A stretch of 63,981 nucleotides of DNA, the filler included, from Basidiobolus ranarum (lineage: Eukaryota): the NCBI GenBank assembly GCA_040143965.1. It is 3 parts of 3 records of this genome, joined end to end, with 100 filler letters (N's around TTAATTAATTAA, not from the genome) between each part and the next. Parts side by side here need not be neighbours in the genome. Positions count along the whole stretch, not along the records: positions 1 to 22,585 come from JASJQH010000182.1; positions 22,686 to 45,247 come from JASJQH010000183.1; 1 more part is not named here. One strand, given 5' to 3'. The notes beneath the pieces are model-generated. The model did no database searches. It was not told the DNA's origin and saw nothing but the letters and a program-made list of their open reading frames with translations. Made by a program: the position numbers and the translations under genes. Positions 13,609-25,577 of the stretch are shown here, piece by piece (within the stretch, counting starts at the first letter, position 1; each line of letters opens with the position of its first letter).

Positions 13609-14468
13609 GCAATCGAATCCTCAATTGCATATCTCAATATGATACTTCGGAGACCAATTTCCGAATTTGACATTCCTTGCCAAGCATCTTTATAGGCTAA
13701 TTTAACTAATGTGATACACTGGGTATCAATTTTCCAATTCAAGATCCCAACTGTTGGTTTTTCTGTACTTGTACCTTTCCTCGTGAGCACGACAGTGATA
13801 ATTGTCTGCAAACTCAATGCTAAGAATCTAAATAGAGCCTCTCGTATTTGCTCTAGTTTCGACTTTCTTACTCGACATGAACCAACGTACACTCATCTGG
13901 ATTTTCTCTTTTCATGTAAATACTGCCCCCTCTGACTTCCTTTAACCGCCATCCATTGCCGATTATCAAATCACTTTGAAACTTTGCCCCGCCCTAGAAG
14001 TAAATTTTAAATATTACGAAGTTCTAACAAAATGCGGGTCATTTAAATCTCTGAACTTTTACAATTTCCATGATCTTACACTGAAGTTGAAATCTATAGC
14101 CAAAATAATAAAGATGAGAGTAATAATATTTCATGTCCTCTATTGGCTACTGCACCACGATCTGTTTGTCGCTATTGATAGTATTACTAATCAACCATAA
14201 TTCGCAGCAAATATAACTTGAAACGTTCATGGTACATGGCTTTAGTATATTTACGCAGTCATTGGAAATGGGTCAAGGTCGACTGGTTGATGGCAACATT
14301 ATCGTAATAATGGTGAAAGTGAGAAAATTTGCCATTTTCAAGGAAATGATTTCGATGATTTTTGAAATGGATTTGTCATGGATGTGGAAAGTCTCCATCC
14401 ATTTAATTTGACTGGAACGTAACCATAGTATACTTTACTTTCATTTCTTTACCTTTTCATAGCCTCTG

Positions 14469-14940
14469 ATGAATAAATTTCGATTTACTTTACTCTTATC
14501 CTGTGTCGTAACAGTATTCGCTGGTCAAGCATGTAAGTATTTCCTTGGGGTTTAGGCGTTTCTATATCATCTTAAGAATATACATTGACTTTTCTCAAGA
14601 TTTTTTGTTAGAAAACGGACAAAACGAAAACTTGGACGGACCAGACGAAGGTTGTGTTGAATACGGTAAAACCATCACGTTCGCCTCTCGTACCACTTTT
14701 AGAAATGGTTTTGTAATATATCCAGATGACGATTGTGAAGATCAAAGTCAAGCGGTCACTTTCGGACATAACCAACATTCAAAACACTTTCACACACCTC
14801 GTTACGTTGGTTCAGTAAGGTTTTTTAACTTTCGTGAAAATATACCTATGATGAACGCTTCTACTCGTGTACCTGAGTATGATGCTCAACCTCATGTACT
14901 TTATCAGTCACCTGCACACTTCCAACCTACTACCTACTAA
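14469..14940 (+). CDS. Small secreted protein A (two Cys in mature part); exons 14469-14532 and 14600-14940
   Basis: Signal peptide MNKFRFTLLLSCVVTVFAGQA, phase-1 intron gtaagt...ctcaag joins to YFLLENGQ...; paralog at 18888-19246. Confidence 0.8.
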
Positions 14941-15468
14941 GTATGTGACTCCACTAGACCTGCCTTTTAATGGCCCCTACTAAGTCTTCAGTAATTCTCA
15001 ATATAATGTTCCTTGATTCAATTCCCAGTGATGGCCAGCAATAAACACCACTAGACTATCTATCCCTGCTCAATAGTGCAGTAGTATGATGCTATCACAT
15101 GATATGACAGCATGTTCTCCCAGAATTGGAAGCCCATGACCGGTTATATTACAGGAACAGGATTTAGAGATGAATTCAGCGGCGTGGCTGTCCTTGGACG
15201 GAATCCACGCCCGTTCAGATGGGTTTGGAGTTTTTTTTGATTCAATGTCAGGTCGAGAAGTGAGGAATGTTATGATGAATCTGATTGGATCATCCTAACG
15301 ATACACGTCGCGAATTTCAATCTTTGAGGCAACAAAGTGGTAGATATACTAGCACAATTTCATTTCGATTCCTTAGCTATACAGTTACTTGGTTTTCTTG
15401 TTTATCAAGTTCTTAAAAAATATTTATCTCCCTCCTGCCCCAGTCACATCCCTCTATATCTTCGTGAA

Positions 15469-17417
15469 ATGGAACCTAAAGAGTCTTGTTGTAGAATTGA
15501 ACAACTTTTACGTGAAAACGCCGTTCAAATCCTTGATTCGGATAAAATTAGTGAAGGTGCTCACTCTTATGTTGCTTATAAGATAAAGCTAGAAGTAGGA
15601 AGGTATTCAAGTACTTTTCGTTAGAGAAACCACTTAAACTTTGTATTATTTAAAGAACGAAGAGGTTCAAAGACGCTATTCCGAGTTTGAATCCTTACGC
15701 AGTACTCTTTTGAAACTGCACCCAGCTTGTATAATTCCACCCCTTCCGGAAAAAACCTCTCTTGGTAAGGAAATTGAATAATAACTCCTTATGACTATAA
15801 CCATGAATATATCACTAATGCTTTTACTCTATCCTTAATTATCTTTTTGCCTCTCTTTTCGGTGGACATATTTCAGCACAATATGCCACTAAACAAAATA
15901 GAGCTAAAGATGACGTTCTTATGATAGAAAAACGTAAACGCATGTTACAAAGTTTTTTGAAACGTATATCCCTTCACTTTGTATTATCTAAGGAGCATAC
16001 ATTTCACCGATTCTTCGAAAACGTGCCTTGGGTAAAAATAGCAAGAATTTTTCTTTTAAAAACAAAACAAACACTTCTTCTCTCTTTATTAAACGTAGTT
16101 TACTTATTTTAGTCGGAAGTTTTACACTCTCTACCGAATACTAACCCCTCTAAGAAGACTGACTCCCCAACTACCTCGGTGATGAGTCAAAGTGTCACTA
16201 ATTCCGATTCTAGCCTTCGTATCTCTGACTCTTTGGAAGATTTGCGTAAACCGGATCCTCGGTTTCAAGAGTGTGAGAGTTATACTAACAATTTCGAACA
16301 TAGTATCTCTAATACTGAAAAGGCTCAACGTAAAGTAACCAAAAAACTTGGTGGTACGTGAATATGGTTCGAAAAGAAATAGAAATATTGAATGGAATTA
16401 ATGAACTTCTTTCATTTAGATCTGGCTAGTGATTATTCTGAGCTTGGTGCATGTTTAAATGCAGTCAGTTTGAATGAATCCGAGGAGCTTGCTAGTGCTA
16501 TCGAAAAGATCGGTCAGGCGGTGGATTCATCATTCATGTCTACTAGAGCATTGGTAGGGTTGAATGATTTACTCGTGACTCGAATATCTTCACTCATATT
16601 GGTATCCCATTCTCTAGGCTAATAAGCTTCAACATGATGTCAACGAACCGATGCAGGAGTATGAACAATACTCGATATCAATCCGAAAGATCTTGAAGGC
16701 ACGTAACAAGAAGCATGTTCAATTGGAAGGTATCATCGACACATTGGCACATAAGAAATCATCTCTAGAAGAACTTGAAAAATCAGAAGCCGAAAGTAAA
16801 CGTTTAGAAGAGGTTCTCCGAAATTCGAATCATCCGGAAGAGCCAGAAGTTCACTCACTCTCTGCTACGGATCAGGTGCCGGAATTCGATCTGGAGTCAG
16901 AGGAGCTTCAAGAGACACACCAGAGTAGTGGCGATGGTGGCAATAATAGTTCACTCAATAGTACCAGTTCCACCGCCACAAAGCGTAGATCTTTTCTAGG
17001 TAAGATCAGCCATAAAATCCACGGTATAGTGGATAATGACCCAGAGGCCACTCGACGACTTCAAATCACCAAGAGTCGAGATCAAATTGCATCAGTAAGT
17101 CTTGATTTGGTACTCTTTGAAATATTCTCTCCCTAATTCAAGTGATTCTTAGCTGGAAGAGCAACTGGAGCAATGCAGTCAAGAGCTTACTAACACATCC
17201 ACCGAAATTCAACTCAACTTGGATTTCTTCCAACGTCAAAAAGAGTACGATCTTCGTGAGATTCTCTTGAGTTACGCCAAGGCTCACCTCGAATGGTGCC
17301 AAACAGTAAGAGACTATGCTTGTGTTAATGTTTACTGAGTCGTACTAATCTGTCCTTCAATAGAACTTGGAAGCCTGGCAAGAGGCAAGCGAAGAGGTTA
17401 ACAAGATCTCCAATTAG
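15469..17417 (+). CDS. SNX41: PX-BAR sorting nexin, Snx41/Atg20 subfamily (multi-exon)
   Basis: Spliced PX motifs [42 protein letters not shown] region with [12 protein letters not shown]; last exon [17 protein letters not shown], stop 17415-17417. Confidence 0.88.
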
Positions 17418-18439
17418 GATACAATACAGTGTCTACAAAATAAATTTCCACCATTTTTTGTTTAAATTTAACACATGTATTGCCATAGTATGGAGCTCAT
17501 CTTGCGACTTGATCACAACCACAGCTTTACCATTACTTGACTATTTACCATTACTTGACTATTTACAGGTATATTGAAACCTCTCGGATAAATGGTCGTG
17601 GGATAATGCATTTTCCTGTCTTCACGCGTACACACTTCATACTTGTGTTACGAAATAAATACTCCATATCGCCCAATACGAAATATATTCCATGTATCTT
17701 ACGTGAAATTCACATTCCGTTCTAAATTCTGTCACTTTTTAACTTGTTCACGCTGAAACTAGTCAATACACAGTCACACTACGAGGTTCAGATTTCAGGT
17801 GATACAGCATTAATTCCAATCTAAATACACATCCTACCCAAGTACAGATTGGAGTGATGTTGAAACGTACCTTAACCTCAACCCTAACCCTATCCCCATC
17901 CCTAGCCTGTCTTGAAAGTTTGTTGCACTGACATATTGCTTTTACTAGTTGAGACATCCTGTTTGTTTGCTAATAGCTGTATATTGAAATGTTAGTCTGG
18001 TACGGAGTCAGCAAGACATACACGAAATCAGGTAAATTTGGTAACACTTGTTGCTTGGGATATGGGTGATAGCTCATTACTCACAAGTGAGAGTGCCCAT
18101 AGCTCAATTTGGACATACTAAAGGTTCGTTCGCAGGACAACTTGTCACGAGTTTGTATCATGTGAGTAAATGACTAGTTTGTCACCAAGTATGTGACAGG
18201 CGATAAAGTAGGAATCTATTCATATATTTGGAGAAACCAGTTAGATGGTTTAGCGTAGTGAAAGTTGGCGTTTGCTTGGTACCTTGGGTTTACAAGTTTT
18301 ACAGTACAGCGTACAGTGTGGGGCTTGTAAGTAATGTAGTAGAGTGTGAGAATATGGTTGTGGAATGAAGGATATATATAGGTGAGCAACGAGAACACCT
18401 CTCTTCATCTCTTCATTAACATTCTGCCTCAAATAAATC

Positions 18440-18799
18440 ATGTCAACCGTTACCGTATATAAAGTAGTGTTCCCCGGTTACATGTCAGAGTCAGAGGACT
18501 GTAACGAGATCATTTCTCCTAATGGCTTCGATGCTCTTTCGGGATACATCTTACTCGCTCGACCTGAACAAATCCCCATGATTATTCGTAACCTATACAG
18601 TGTGTTTCGGGAACTCTTGCTACTGAAAATCGATTACGAATGGATTGCTAGCGACATTCGTTGGAAAGAGGTGACATTGGAGAATGAGACAGATATTATG
18701 CCATGCTATTACGGTGAACTCCAACGCAAACACATCGTTGACACGATTAAGATCCAAAAGGATCGGGATGGTGTGCTGAATATACCCCAGATGATTTAG
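18440..18799 (+). CDS. Divergent DUF952-like protein (119 aa)
   Basis: Pattern VYKVV...FDALSGYILLARPEQIP...LLLLKIDY...DIRWK...MPCYYGEL...IVD parallels DUF952 (IYKI...D..DGFIHLST.EQ...LLKID...VKWE...FPHLYG.L); TATA-like tatatata near 18373. Confidence 0.7.
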   Translation: MSTVTVYKVVFPGYMSESEDCNEIISPNGFDALSGYILLARPEQIPMIIRNLYSVFRELLLLKIDYEWIASDIRWKEVTLENETDIMPCYYGELQRKHIVDTIKIQKDRDGVLNIPQMI

Positions 18800-18887
18800 G
18801 GTAGTGTAAATTGATCGATTAATTGACCGATTTAATGATTGTACATTTTTATTGAAATTAAATAGTCAAAAATATTTTCCAATTCAT

Positions 18888-19246
18888 TTATACTTCAAAG
18901 TATTGTAGTGAACCAATATATGTGGGCTTTTCAAACTCTTTTCTTGATCGTCCATCATCCAATCGTATATCCTCTTGGCTGGTACAATTATCGTTATGAA
19001 AGAGGCTCACTCCTTTACCATAGGTTGTTACACTAGCAAATTTGAGCTCGCGGCCTACTAATAAACACTTTCCAAATTTCCCATGTAGTAACTCATACGA
19101 GTCGTCTGAGTACAACACATCTGTTGAACAGTCAAATGTTAGTCAGAAAGTCAATTCATTCACACATTCCCAATTTACTCACAAACTTGTCCACCACCAA
19201 GAGCCCCAATGACAAATAGAGCTAGTAAAAGAAGTGAGCGGAACAT
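18888..19246 (-). CDS. Small secreted protein B, paralog of 14469-14940; exons 19246-19183 and 19120-18888
   Basis: Signal peptide MFRSLLLLALFVIGALGGGQV, phase-1 intron gtgagt...ctaac...caacag, mature YVLYSDD...FASVTT...C...F..PTYIGS. Confidence 0.8.
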
Positions 19247-20832
19247 TAAGTTTACAGGCGCTAAGCTCAGAAGTGCAGAGGGTGGATAAATGTGGTTGGA
19301 ATGGTATTTATAATCAATCAGATCACTTCAAACGTTTCCGATCCATAACTTTGTTGCAACTTCTGACAGTTTACGAATCTATGAAAGGAAGAGTATTGGA
19401 ATTGGTGTTGGTCTCGAAGAGCAAGAATACTGAATCGCTATCGATGTTACTATCGGTATCACTCGACGCATGTTTCGTTGCTTAGGTGATTCATCGCTAG
19501 GTTTGTGTTATTCAATGGATTGCGTCCTTTGAAACTGGTTTACTGTTTTCCTATATCACTGCGGTTGCAGTACTTCATGCTATTTCTAGTTGATCTACTG
19601 CTAGTTTAGCAATCTCAGCAGTGGAATGAATAGACATCAACCATAGTAATAATATACGACTGGCAGGAGCGATACACATGTTAGTTAAGACAGTACCCGA
19701 GCTATTATCCAACGAGACTGGAAACCACCAAACTCGGCAGATAGCATTAACAATCAAAACATAGTGGGCGCAATAGTTATAGTAGCGTGAAACTATGAAG
19801 GTGTTACAATCAGAATATGCGTAACATTATTAGTACTAGTATAAGAATTCAGTTGCAGTCACACGCTTTCACCCATATTTCTTAGTTACTTACCTAAAGA
19901 TATATATATATACTAACCCTAAGTATTGCATTAGTTACCTAAACATAGTTCTTCTCATTTGAGGTCAAGTTTGAGGGTTAGGGTTACTGAGCCCTAAGCA
20001 GTCACAAATTCGCGATCACTGGATCAAGTCACTGCAACCTTGGTATGAAAGTAGAGCATTCATTTTCAAACCTTGACCTATTTCAAATTAAATGAACGGT
20101 AATGACATGGATATACACTAATGACCTGGATATATATGCATCTCCTTAAACTTAAATCTAATTCAATATTATAAAGTTGATTTCATTGCTGCACGGTCTC
20201 TGCAAATGAATCAGAAGTTCAGGATCCAGCAATGTATGGGAGTTCCATTTGGTTCCATCTATGAGCTAAGGAGAATCTATGAGCTGAGGAGAATTAGTAA
20301 CTATTTTACACGATTGAGGTATTGAGAGTTATGTATTATATATGAATCTTGACAAATATCAATCACTCTCCTAGACTTTTATGTATCTAGCGTACGGAAC
20401 ATGTCCCAGAAATCACTAATAAATTGCATACTTAGTGTGATATGGGTTTCAACTGGAGTAGTCAGTTTCTCTCTTATCAGTGTTGTTTTTGACCTGAAAT
20501 ACACCACCTTAGAGTAAAATTTAGTATAATTTTAGTACACTAATGATTAGGGTTATATATATTTGTAGAGTGGACTCGTTTTCCAGAATATTTCTGAGAA
20601 TAGAAGCCAAACTATATCATATCAGTTTCAATCCATTCATCAACTTGTGAGAAGGTCATTCTTGATAAAAATCGAAAAAATCTAACCATTTCTACCAAAA
20701 TTCTGTATCAAAAGTTGTATGCCATCTTTATTATTAATATCTAATACTAATGATTGGTATATCGAATGATCGTTTCCGGGTTATAAATATTATACATGAT
20801 TAAATACAGTTTAAATGAAACATGTTCAAAGT

Positions 20833-22585
20833 TTAATCCAATTCTTCAACAGTTGGCTCACTGTTGTCACCGCCTGGGAATCCTCCTGGGGGAGCAGCTC
20901 CAGGGAAGCCACTAGGGGCTCCACCCGCAGCTTGATACATCTTAGTCATGATAGGATTGCTAATCCCTTCCAGTTCTTTCTGCTTCTCCTCATACTCCTC
21001 TTTGGAAGCCTCTTGACTTGCGTCCAACCAACTGATAGTGCTGTTGATAGCCTCTTCAAGTTTCTTCTTGTCATCCGCTTCTAATTGACCAGCCACTTTC
21101 TCATCTTGAAGGGTGTTGCGAAGTGAGTAAGCATAGGATTCGAGTCCATTCTTGGCCGAGATACGAGAAGCTGCCTCTTCATCTTCGGCTTTGTATTTCT
21201 CAGCTTCAGAGACCATGCGCTCGATATCTTCCTTTGAAAGACGACCCTTATCATTGGTGATGGTGATCTTATTGGAACGACCAGTGGTCTTATCCAAAGC
21301 AGATACATTCAAGATACCGTTGGCATCAACATCGAAGGTAACTTCAATTTGAGGAACACCGCGAGGAGCTGGAGGGATTCCGGAAAGTTCGAACTTACCA
21401 AGAATATTGTTGTCCTTGGTACGGGCACGCTCGCCTTCAAACACTTGAATCAATACACCAGGCTGATTGTCAGCATAGGTAGAGAATGTCTCGGATTTCT
21501 TGGTGGGAACAGTGGTATTTCTCTTGATCAAAGCAGTCATTACACCACCCGCAGTCTCAATACCCAATGAGAGTGGAGCCACATCGAGTAAGAGTAAATC
21601 TTGAGTCTTCTCAGAGGTATCTCCAGACAAAATAGCTGCTTGGACAGCTGCTCCATAAGCAACAGCCTCATCAGGATTGATGGATTTGTTGGGTTCCTTG
21701 CCATTGAAGTAGTCAGAAACCAGTTTTTGAATCTTGGGGATACGAGTGGATCCACCAACAAGAACAATCTCATGAACGTTGGCTTTGTCAATCTTGGAGT
21801 CCCGGAGAACCTTCTCAACTGGGTCCATTGTGGAACGGAACAAATCCTGACAGAGTTCCTCGAATCTGGCACGGGTCAATGAAGTGTAGAAATCAACCCC
21901 CTCGAATAAGGAGTCAATCTCGATAGAAGTTTGGGCAGCAGATGAGAGAGTTCTCTTAGCACGTTCACATGCAGTTCTAAGACGACGGAGAGCCCGAGGG
22001 TTGCTAGATAGATCCTTCTTATTTTTACGTTTGAACTCTTGAACAAAGTGACTGACTAGGCGATTATCAAAATCTTCTCCACCTAAGTGAGTATCACCCG
22101 CAGTGGCCTTGACTTCGAAAATACCATCTTCAATGGTCAAGAGGGACACATCGAAAGTGCCACCGCCAAGGTCGAAGATGAGAACATTCTTCTCACCACT
22201 GGATTTTTGGTCAAGGCCGTAGGCAATGGCAGCAGCAGTGGGCTCATTAATGATACGAAGAATATTCATACCAGCAATAGCACCAGCATCCTTAGTGGCT
22301 TGACGCTGAGAGTCATTAAAGTAGGCTGGAACTGTGACAACAGCGTTCTTGACCTCACTACCTAGGTAGGCTTCGGCAGTTTCCTTCATCTTTAATAAAA
22401 TCATGGAAGAGATTTCTTCAGGAGTGAAGGTCTTAGTTTCACCTTTGTATTCGACTTGTATAAGAGGTTTGCTGTCTTTATCGACAACCTTGAAAGGCCA
22501 GTGCTTCATATCTGATTGAACTTCGTTGTCGTTATAACGGCGACCGATGAGACGTTTAGCATCGAAAACACTGTTGGTAGGGTTC
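20833..22585 (-). CDS. HSP70: Cytosolic HSP70 (SSA type); 5' end lost in the assembly gap
   Basis: [65 protein letters not shown]-like end (EPTVEELD); frame open up to the N run. Confidence 0.98.
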
Positions 22586-22685
22586 NNNNNNNNNNNNNNN
22601 NNNNNNNNNNNNNNNNNNNNNNNNNNNNNTTAATTAATTAANNNNNNNNNNNNNNNNNNNNNNNNNNNNNNNNNNNNNNNNNNNN
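22586..22685. other. Artificial scaffold gap with six-frame-stop linker
   Basis: 44 N + TTAATTAATTAA + 44 N, identical in design to 45248-45347. Confidence 0.97.
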
Positions 22686-23434
22686 ATACTCCTGATCTCC
22701 ATACATTAGTTAAGAAACTACAAAAGTAGTTATGGCTTCTTTGTTTTGTTTGAAATAAAGATTTCACCTTTGGGTGACTGTCTCCCCCCCTAACTGCTTC
22801 TCGTAAATATAAAAGCATTCTAAGAACGCAATTAATGCAAGCAAATAATACATAGTGTCTAACTTAATACGGCTAACACAATGTAACGTAATAGAACTCA
22901 TGTTTTGCTTCAATATAACTGCTGGCTTACTTACTAATAATATGAATGATGTAAATATACTGCTCAACGAGATAATTAACAAGCAAGTGGCTAGGTAGTA
23001 ATATCCAAGATATAGTACTCCATATCACTTCCAACGGCTCCCAAAATACTTTGACATAGTTCAAGTCACTCATACCAGACTTGTCGACAGCATATTTTTC
23101 TTGGCCAAATTTAAGCAGTGATTCCAGTGTATTGTTTACTAGCTAATATTTAGATTAGTCATTTGTTTTGCTATTTACTTCTTAGGTGTAATTGTTGATA
23201 CATGTAGATTTAATTCTGGAGAATATCTCTTGGTAAATTTGTTCTGGTCCAAGCTTGGATGTTATCAATATACTAATATCAAGCTTGGAAACTATATTAG
23301 CTTGACAAATGTTATGGTACCCTAAAAAAATGAAATAGAGACGCTATTCTACATATCTAATGGGAACAGTGGGACAACAGAATTTGAAGTCCTCATTAAG
23401 CCAGTGCTATAATCCTTGAGAAATGTGAAAGATC

Positions 23435-25130
23435 TTAGTCCATTTCAGCCACCACATATGCTCGTTGTTGAATGGCAAGGACACTGGTGACATGCTCATC
23501 CGTGCACTTATCTAGATATTCCAAGCTTGGAAAGAATGGTTGCTGTACCCGAGCTCCATATCTGTCTACTAAGGAGCTAAGTAACTCTAGCTCTACCTCG
23601 TCGAGACGTAAAAGCCTTCGATCGATGTACTTGCGGATTGAAGTTAATGTTTTGCTGAGTAGGATAGATGCTTCAGCAGCGGATATCGAAATGTTGTTAC
23701 GCTCTAGAAAAGTGGCCAAGAAGTTAGTTCAAAGTAGTTAATTCTCAATATTAGATGACAGTTCGATTACCGATCAAACCTAGTGTAGGCAATAAAAACC
23801 AAGGGTGAGCAACCAGCGTGTTTCCGATATCTATATCGGATAATATCTCAGCTATGTTTGCTCCCGACTCCTCAAGCATCGAGTACAATTGCTCAACATA
23901 CGTTGGATCTGCATTGAAAACATGATCCGAGCAGCATATGTCTGGTTCTTTAGAAAGAAGATGTCGAAGCATTTCAGAAGCATTTAGATCAAGCTCGCGG
24001 ATATATTTGAATGCTTCTGAGGATCGCTCTTCGATAATCCATTGTTGTATCTTCTTCTTGTCTTGGGTATTAAACTGCAAACTAAATGTGTGGAGCAGAT
24101 ACTCAGCAATACCTAAATTCTGACTACAAGCCGCTCGAAAGGCATCTTTCAGCATATCTGTAAACCCTTCAAATCTGAGTTGACCCTTCACATGATACAC
24201 TTGTGATATCATGAACTGAACCACCTCAAGTTGATCTCCGAAATAGTAGACATCCATCCCTGCGATTACTGGGAGAAGCTTCTTCGAAGTACGAATGGTA
24301 TCTTGAGTAACAGGGTCTCCGTATTTGATTAACCATTGTAGACTTGTTATGTACATGCCATATACCGATTTTACCAACTCAGCTTCTTCAAGTTCCAAGG
24401 GGATGTCATAAAGGCAAAACAAATACAGCTCGCTTGCTTTGTGCTGCAAAGTTTTTAAGAGCTTTTCTTTTGCATTATCTGGATGTTCCTCAAGTGACTT
24501 CATTAGGTTTAACTCTCTCTCTGTGAATATATCTAAAGAGACCCCTAATAACTTCGCTCTGGCACATTGTACCTTATCTTTACGATAGCTACAAGCTGAA
24601 ATGATTAATTGAAGTGCAGTTCTTCTACATTTCTTCATTTGGCCTACCTCAATCTGCTCAAGCACACATTCTAAAAAGGCTGGTCTGGAAAGGTTGAAAT
24701 CCTCGAAGAGTAGAGTCATGAGTGAATCAGAGTGTAAGGAAGAAACCTGGACGAGTAAAATCCCGAGTTCTTCTATCTCTTTACTGTTCTCGCTTTCCAG
24801 TTTGGACTGAGGGTCAAACTCGCAACGGAAGTTTAATTTAGACAAAAACTGTTCAATCATACTTGTATCAAGAAGTCGGTGCAGATTCTGCAGGCACCAA
24901 CGAAGTAGAAAAATGGCCACAGTAGGTGTAACCAAAGCATGAGGTTGGGCAAGGGAGCTTGTTTTCTCGGGGAAAAGTTCGAAAAAATTCTGATGATTCC
25001 AAAGCCAGTTTGCTCGGACTTTATTCTCCTTGGATAAACGATAAAAACGAGAATTTGCACTAATGAGTTGCTGTGGAGAAGAGTGATGGTAAAAAATGAG
25101 CTCCAAGACTTCAAACGGAAATACAGCCAT
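23435..25130 (-). CDS. Hypothetical helical protein with F-box-like N-terminus; exons 25130-23771 and 23703-23435
   Basis: FPFEVLELIF...LISANSRFYRL resembles an F-box; phase-1 intron gtaatc...ctaac...ttctag joins the 459-aa ORF in frame to the 23435-23719 ORF. Confidence 0.6.
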
Positions 25131-25577
25131 TCTGAACGAATACTCTCAGTAGAAACTACGCTTCTTCTTGAATTGCATTCGTCTGCGCTATTTTATAAGG
25201 TTAAATGATAACTAAAGGTACTCTGCGGATTCTCCAAGAATGTAGCACAGATATATACACTTGTTACATTAAATCAATTTGGGTCTGTAGTAGTCACTCG
25301 AGTAATTTATCAAAACAAGGGAAAGTACCCGAATTTAGCAGGATCCACCCACTTTCGATCTTAAACGCAAGTAAAATGCGCCATTAGGGTTAGGGTTCAA
25401 AGTCTTAATCAAATTGTAAGTTGATATTTAACAACACGGTAGCCAAGATCCAATAAAATCACTTCCACTTCTGGAAGGATAACCGTAACACTCTTGGCTA
25501 TTTAACTAATAGAGATCATTTGTTGAACTTGAGGGTTGTCATTTCTTTTCACTCGGGCTACATACTGTTTAAAGGAA

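Noticed and set aside
20579-20605. Heat-shock-element-like ttccagaatatttctgagaa
   Set aside because: Imperfect spacing and located downstream of HSP70, not in its promoter
20815-22365. Plus-strand ORFs overlapping HSP70
   Set aside because: Antisense shadows of a codon-biased gene, a well-known HSP70 artifact
22630-22818. ORF running into the N gap
   Set aside because: Its stop comes from the synthetic linker
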